From an uncultured Methylococcales bacterium (GTDB lineage: Bacteria > Pseudomonadota > Gammaproteobacteria > Methylococcales > G963664935): a DNA stretch of 64,000 nt. Made by a program: the position numbers and the translations under genes. The stretch is from assembly GCA_964653275.1 (NCBI GenBank), contig CAZZET010000007.1, positions 13,983-77,982 of the forward strand, read 5' to 3'. This document shows, piece by piece, positions 60,660 through 64,000 of the stretch; the stretch's first letter is position 1, and each line of letters opens with the position of its first letter. Below the pieces are notes generated by a model. That model saw nothing but the letters and a program-made list of their open reading frames with translations, was not told where the DNA came from and did no database searches.

Positions 60660-61448
60660 ATGAAGACGAAAATACAATTCAATAGTCTACGTTACCTATT
60701 CAGCATACTTCTAGTGGGTATGCTCAATGGATGCGCAACAACCACTGCTGATCCGGATGATCCATGGGAAGACTGGAATCGTAACGTCGATTCTTTTAAT
60801 GATTCAGTGGATAAAGCCGTCCTTAAACCAATGGCAGAAGGTTACCTATGGTCAACGCCTAAACCCGTTGATGAAGGGGTAACTAATTTCTTTAGCAACA
60901 TTCAAGATATTGGGGTCACAATTAATGGCTTGTTACAGTTTAAGTTTAAACAGGCAGGTATGGATGGTTGCCGTTTCGTCGTTAATACTACTGCCGGTAT
61001 CGCAGGGGTTATCGATGTGGCAACGAAGATCGGACTGCCAAAACACAATGAAGATTTTGATCAGACACTCGGCGTTTGGGGAGTTCCCATGGGAAATTAT
61101 ATGGTGTTACCATTCTATGGATCCAGCTCACCACGAGGAATACTTGGCATCATCGGTGATCTCGCAATGGACCCATTAACCTACACATTTTTACTTAGTG
61201 GGAATGCAATCGCTGCAGGTACTTTGGGTGCAGGCATACTGGATATAACTGACACACGAGCAGGTTTATTGCTACTGGAAAAAATTGTTGATGAGACAGC
61301 CATTGACCGTTACGAATTTAATAAATCCGCCTACCGGCAACGACGTCAATATCTAGTAATGGATGGAAATTTACCCGAACAGGACGACTTATTCGATTTG
61401 GGTGAAGATTTCGATGAAAATTTTGATGAAGAAATAGATAGCGAGTAA
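60660..61448 (+). CDS. mlaA: MlaA/VacJ lipoprotein
   Basis: LNGC lipobox, DPWE..NR, RFVVNTT.G, EDFDQTLG.WG and YMVLPFYGSS. Confidence 0.93.
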   Translation: MKTKIQFNSLRYLFSILLVGMLNGCATTTADPDDPWEDWNRNVDSFNDSVDKAVLKPMAEGYLWSTPKPVDEGVTNFFSNIQDIGVTINGLLQFKFKQAGMDGCRFVVNTTAGIAGVIDVATKIGLPKHNEDFDQTLGVWGVPMGNYMVLPFYGSSSPRGILGIIGDLAMDPLTYTFLLSGNAIAAGTLGAGILDITDTRAGLLLLEKIVDETAIDRYEFNKSAYRQRRQYLVMDGNLPEQDDLFDLGEDFDENFDEEIDSE

Positions 61449-61534
61449 GCAATAATAAGTCTCATATGAACAACATAATCCAGGCTACAAAAGACATTGC
61501 CAGTCAAGAGTAGAAACTCTATGAAATTTATGAG

Positions 61535-62242
61535 TTACTGGAAAATCACCGGGACTTTGCGTTCAAACATAATCTCCAATGGAGATACCCGGCAGGAATA
61601 AGCCAAAGCAACAACACCTTGATCCATGACCTGTCGTAACGTGTTGCCATAAACCGGGTCGATATCGTCGGCGGGGCTGAAGCTTTTAACGTCTTGGCGT
61701 TGAATACAAAACAAAATGACGGCGCGTTTCCCCAGAAGCACCATTTCCCGAAGTTCCCTAAGATGTTTGGTTCCTCGTGCAGTAACAGCATCAGGAAAAA
61801 AACCAACGGAGTCTTTCATTAAAGTGACATTTTTAACTTCAACATAACACGGGGGTTTGGATTTAGCCTCAAGCAACAGATCAATTCGGCTTCTCTCCTT
61901 GCCGTACGGGACTTCCTGGCGAATAGCGTCATAACCTTGAAGTTCCACAATCACCCCATTATCTATTCCTTCCATTACCAAGCGATTGGGCAGCCCCGTA
62001 TTTATACCCACTATCGTATCTGTCGCGACTTCCACAAGTTCCCAAGATAAAGGATATTTCCTTTTTGGATTATTCGACTGACTTAACCAGACTTTTGACC
62101 CCGGGGAACTGCATCCCTGCATCGAGCCTGTGTTAGGCGTATGTGCGGTAACTATCTTTCCGTCGTCAAGGTCCACATCGGCAAGAAAACGTTTATAACG
62201 TTTTATTAAGGTTCCAGGAATTAGCGGCTTTTCAAATTTCAT
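61535..62242 (-). CDS. sfsA: DNA/RNA nuclease SfsA
   Basis: KRYKRFLAD, PNTGSM, SRIDLLL, EVKNVT and FPDAVTARGTKHL. Confidence 0.95.
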   Translation of the reverse strand: MKFEKPLIPGTLIKRYKRFLADVDLDDGKIVTAHTPNTGSMQGCSSPGSKVWLSQSNNPKRKYPLSWELVEVATDTIVGINTGLPNRLVMEGIDNGVIVELQGYDAIRQEVPYGKERSRIDLLLEAKSKPPCYVEVKNVTLMKDSVGFFPDAVTARGTKHLRELREMVLLGKRAVILFCIQRQDVKSFSPADDIDPVYGNTLRQVMDQGVVALAYSCRVSPLEIMFERKVPVIFQ

Positions 62243-62436
62243 GGTGCATGATTCGACATCACATGACTCTCAAATCGATCCACCTATTTTACAGGGTAGC
62301 GTTCAAGAAATTTATTGGTACGCTAGTCAGGTACACTACAAAAAGCGAATAGATACTCGTAGCCAGCCACACATATCACTAAACACTGCAGATGTAGGAA
62401 ATATAGAATGCTACATTTAACCTGAATCGAAAACTG

Positions 62437-63087
62437 TCACTTGTGTACAACCGATAACCCTTCGGACTGACTCGAAAAAAATGCCGCTAAATTTTCGATA
62501 TCCTCATCGCTAAAGCCACTGACCATACCACCCATCAAAGCATTTTTTCTTTTACCCGATTTATAATCCTTAAGAACCCTCACAAGATAGCTCTCATATT
62601 GGCCTGCCAAGCGCGGATTATTTGGGTCTGATCCATTTCCAACCAAACCGTGACAAGTAATACACGTTTCAGCCCTTAGATTCCCCTCGACGGCATCCCC
62701 CTGTATGATAGAATCACTTTTAACGAATTCGATTTGCGCCAGATACGCCGCAATATCTTCCATATCCTGCTCGCTCAATCCCCGTGCGTTCCCTTCCATA
62801 CTGCCATGTCGTCGCGACCCGATTCGATAGGCTTTCAAAGCGGAAAGGATATAGTTGACCTTTTGCCCTCCTATTTTCGGTACATTGTAGCGTGGATATA
62901 CATTCGCAACACCAGGTCGCCCATGGCACCCTATGCATGTTGAAAACTTAAGTTCTCCTGCTTCGACATTACCAACCGCGCAGGCACTGCTTCCATATCC
63001 AACCAACAAGGCTCCAATAGCAAAAATTGGCCATATTTTTTTTGATCTAAACATTGCAGCTCCAGGGTATGAGGTGTCTAAATTCAT
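62437..63087 (-). CDS. Dihaem cytochrome c4
   Basis: Signal peptide, CIGCH and CITCH, P.LAGQ and distal Met motifs. Confidence 0.92.
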   Translation of the reverse strand: MNLDTSYPGAAMFRSKKIWPIFAIGALLVGYGSSACAVGNVEAGELKFSTCIGCHGRPGVANVYPRYNVPKIGGQKVNYILSALKAYRIGSRRHGSMEGNARGLSEQDMEDIAAYLAQIEFVKSDSIIQGDAVEGNLRAETCITCHGLVGNGSDPNNPRLAGQYESYLVRVLKDYKSGKRKNALMGGMVSGFSDEDIENLAAFFSSQSEGLSVVHK

Positions 63088-63203
63088 CGGATTTTAATAG
63101 TATATTCCGATTTTAAAATATTGTACGTGTTAACCTAACATAGGTTTGTAGGGTTGAACCAGAAATTATTGAAAAGTTAAAATTCAACCGTTTACGAGAT
63201 CAA

Positions 63204-64000
63204 ATGAATCAAATAAACCCGCTACTTGAAGACACGCTGAAATCTAAATTGGAACTCGAAACTCGATTGTGTTCTGGATTCGAAATGTCTGATGTTACCC
63301 TGATCAAAAAAGCGCTATCGATCGCTTTAGAAGTGGAAAGCACCAAGACAATGCGGCCTCGGGGTATCGATGTAGCCACTATTCTCATGAAACTTGGTCC
63401 AGATGTCCAAACCATTCAGGCAGCTCTACTCAGCGAACCCCGCATAAGGAAATCCTTAGAACTATCGTTTATCGAACAACATTTTGGTAAAACCGTCGCT
63501 AGTTTGGTCAAAAATATCAATTGGCTGAATACATTTGGCGCCTATTCAAAAGATATCATTAATGCACCTGAACAGGCGGAAATCCTAAGGCAAATGCTGC
63601 TTGCCATGGTAGACGACGTTCGAGCCGTAATCGTCAAACTGGCTTACCGTATCCAACGTCTCCGCAATTTACCTGGTGAAGACTATAAAGCGCGACTCTA
63701 TATCGCACGCGAAACTTTGGATATCTATGCACCACTAGCCAGCCGTTTAGGTATTGCTCAACTCAAATGGGAACTTGAGGATTTAGCTTTCAGGTACCTC
63801 GAACCCAGGACCTACAAAACACTAGCAACCTCACTAACCGAAAACCGTGTAGATCGTGAACACTATTTGAGTAAATTTATCGATCACCTTCAAAACCTCT
63901 TGATGAGAGAGGGGATAAAAGCCAAAGTGTCTGGACGGCCAAAACATATCTATAGCATTTGGAAGAAGATGCAACGCAAGCATTTGGGTTTCAATGAACT
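63204..64000 (+). CDS. relA: (p)ppGpp synthetase RelA, truncated by the window edge (absent from the ORF track)
   Basis: Manual translation from ATG 63204: LLAMVDDVRAVIVKLAYR, ARETLDIYAPLASRLGIAQLKWELEDLAFRYL and GRPKHIYSIWKKM. The hydrolase motifs are degenerate. Confidence 0.93.
   Translation, partial: MNQINPLLEDTLKSKLELETRLCSGFEMSDVTLIKKALSIALEVESTKTMRPRGIDVATILMKLGPDVQTIQAALLSEPRIRKSLELSFIEQHFGKTVASLVKNINWLNTFGAYSKDIINAPEQAEILRQMLLAMVDDVRAVIVKLAYRIQRLRNLPGEDYKARLYIARETLDIYAPLASRLGIAQLKWELEDLAFRYLEPRTYKTLATSLTENRVDREHYLSKFIDHLQNLLMREGIKAKVSGRPKHIYSIWKKMQRKHLGFNE

Noticed and set aside
24-63415. Numerous short ORFs in the supplied track that overlap longer genes antisense or out of frame (for example 24-428, 670-1005, 6238-6696, 17239-17580, 35591-35989, 57547-57957)
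   Set aside because: They are shadow ORFs of well-supported genes, with no recognisable motifs.
63204-64000. Degenerate HD hydrolase motifs in the RSH protein (LLSE, KLAYR)
   Set aside because: This is expected for gammaproteobacterial RelA and is not novel.
1-64000. CRISPR arrays, tRNA, rRNA, prophage or integrase
   Set aside because: By eye I found no regularly spaced repeats, tRNA T-loop or cloverleaf signatures, or phage structural genes. tRNAscan and Infernal were not run.

Overview
64 kb of bacterial chromosome, gammaproteobacterial by its housekeeping genes (Methylococcales-like is my impression, not a computed placement). Bases 1-12728 hold a minus-strand surface-polysaccharide locus that runs off the left edge: two heparinase II/III-like paralogues, two APH-fold kinases, a nucleotidyltransferase-kinase fusion, a deacetylase, glycosyltransferases and a pyruvyl transferase. 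Between this locus and argJ is a nested insertion: a decayed IS1634-family element (14065-15933, TSD TTTAGA) inside a decayed IS1595-family element (13061-15983, TSD AAAGTTTT), possibly itself inside a MITE-like repeat. The rest is mostly core or metabolic (argJ, secA, copA, parC, sucA, msrA, TRAP transporter, uup, cinA, mlaA, sfsA, cytochrome c4, partial relA). Accessory items include an orphan BrxR/CapW-like WYL regulator with a 13-bp direct repeat upstream, a large secreted gluzincin peptidase with an IPTL-CTERM-like tail, tandem methyltransferases beside an alpha-hydroxy-acid oxidase, an EAL remnant and several related MITE-like repeats. I found no tRNA, rRNA or CRISPR array. The best candidate for an uncharacterised system is the kinase-rich polysaccharide locus, especially the nucleotidyltransferase-kinase fusion.
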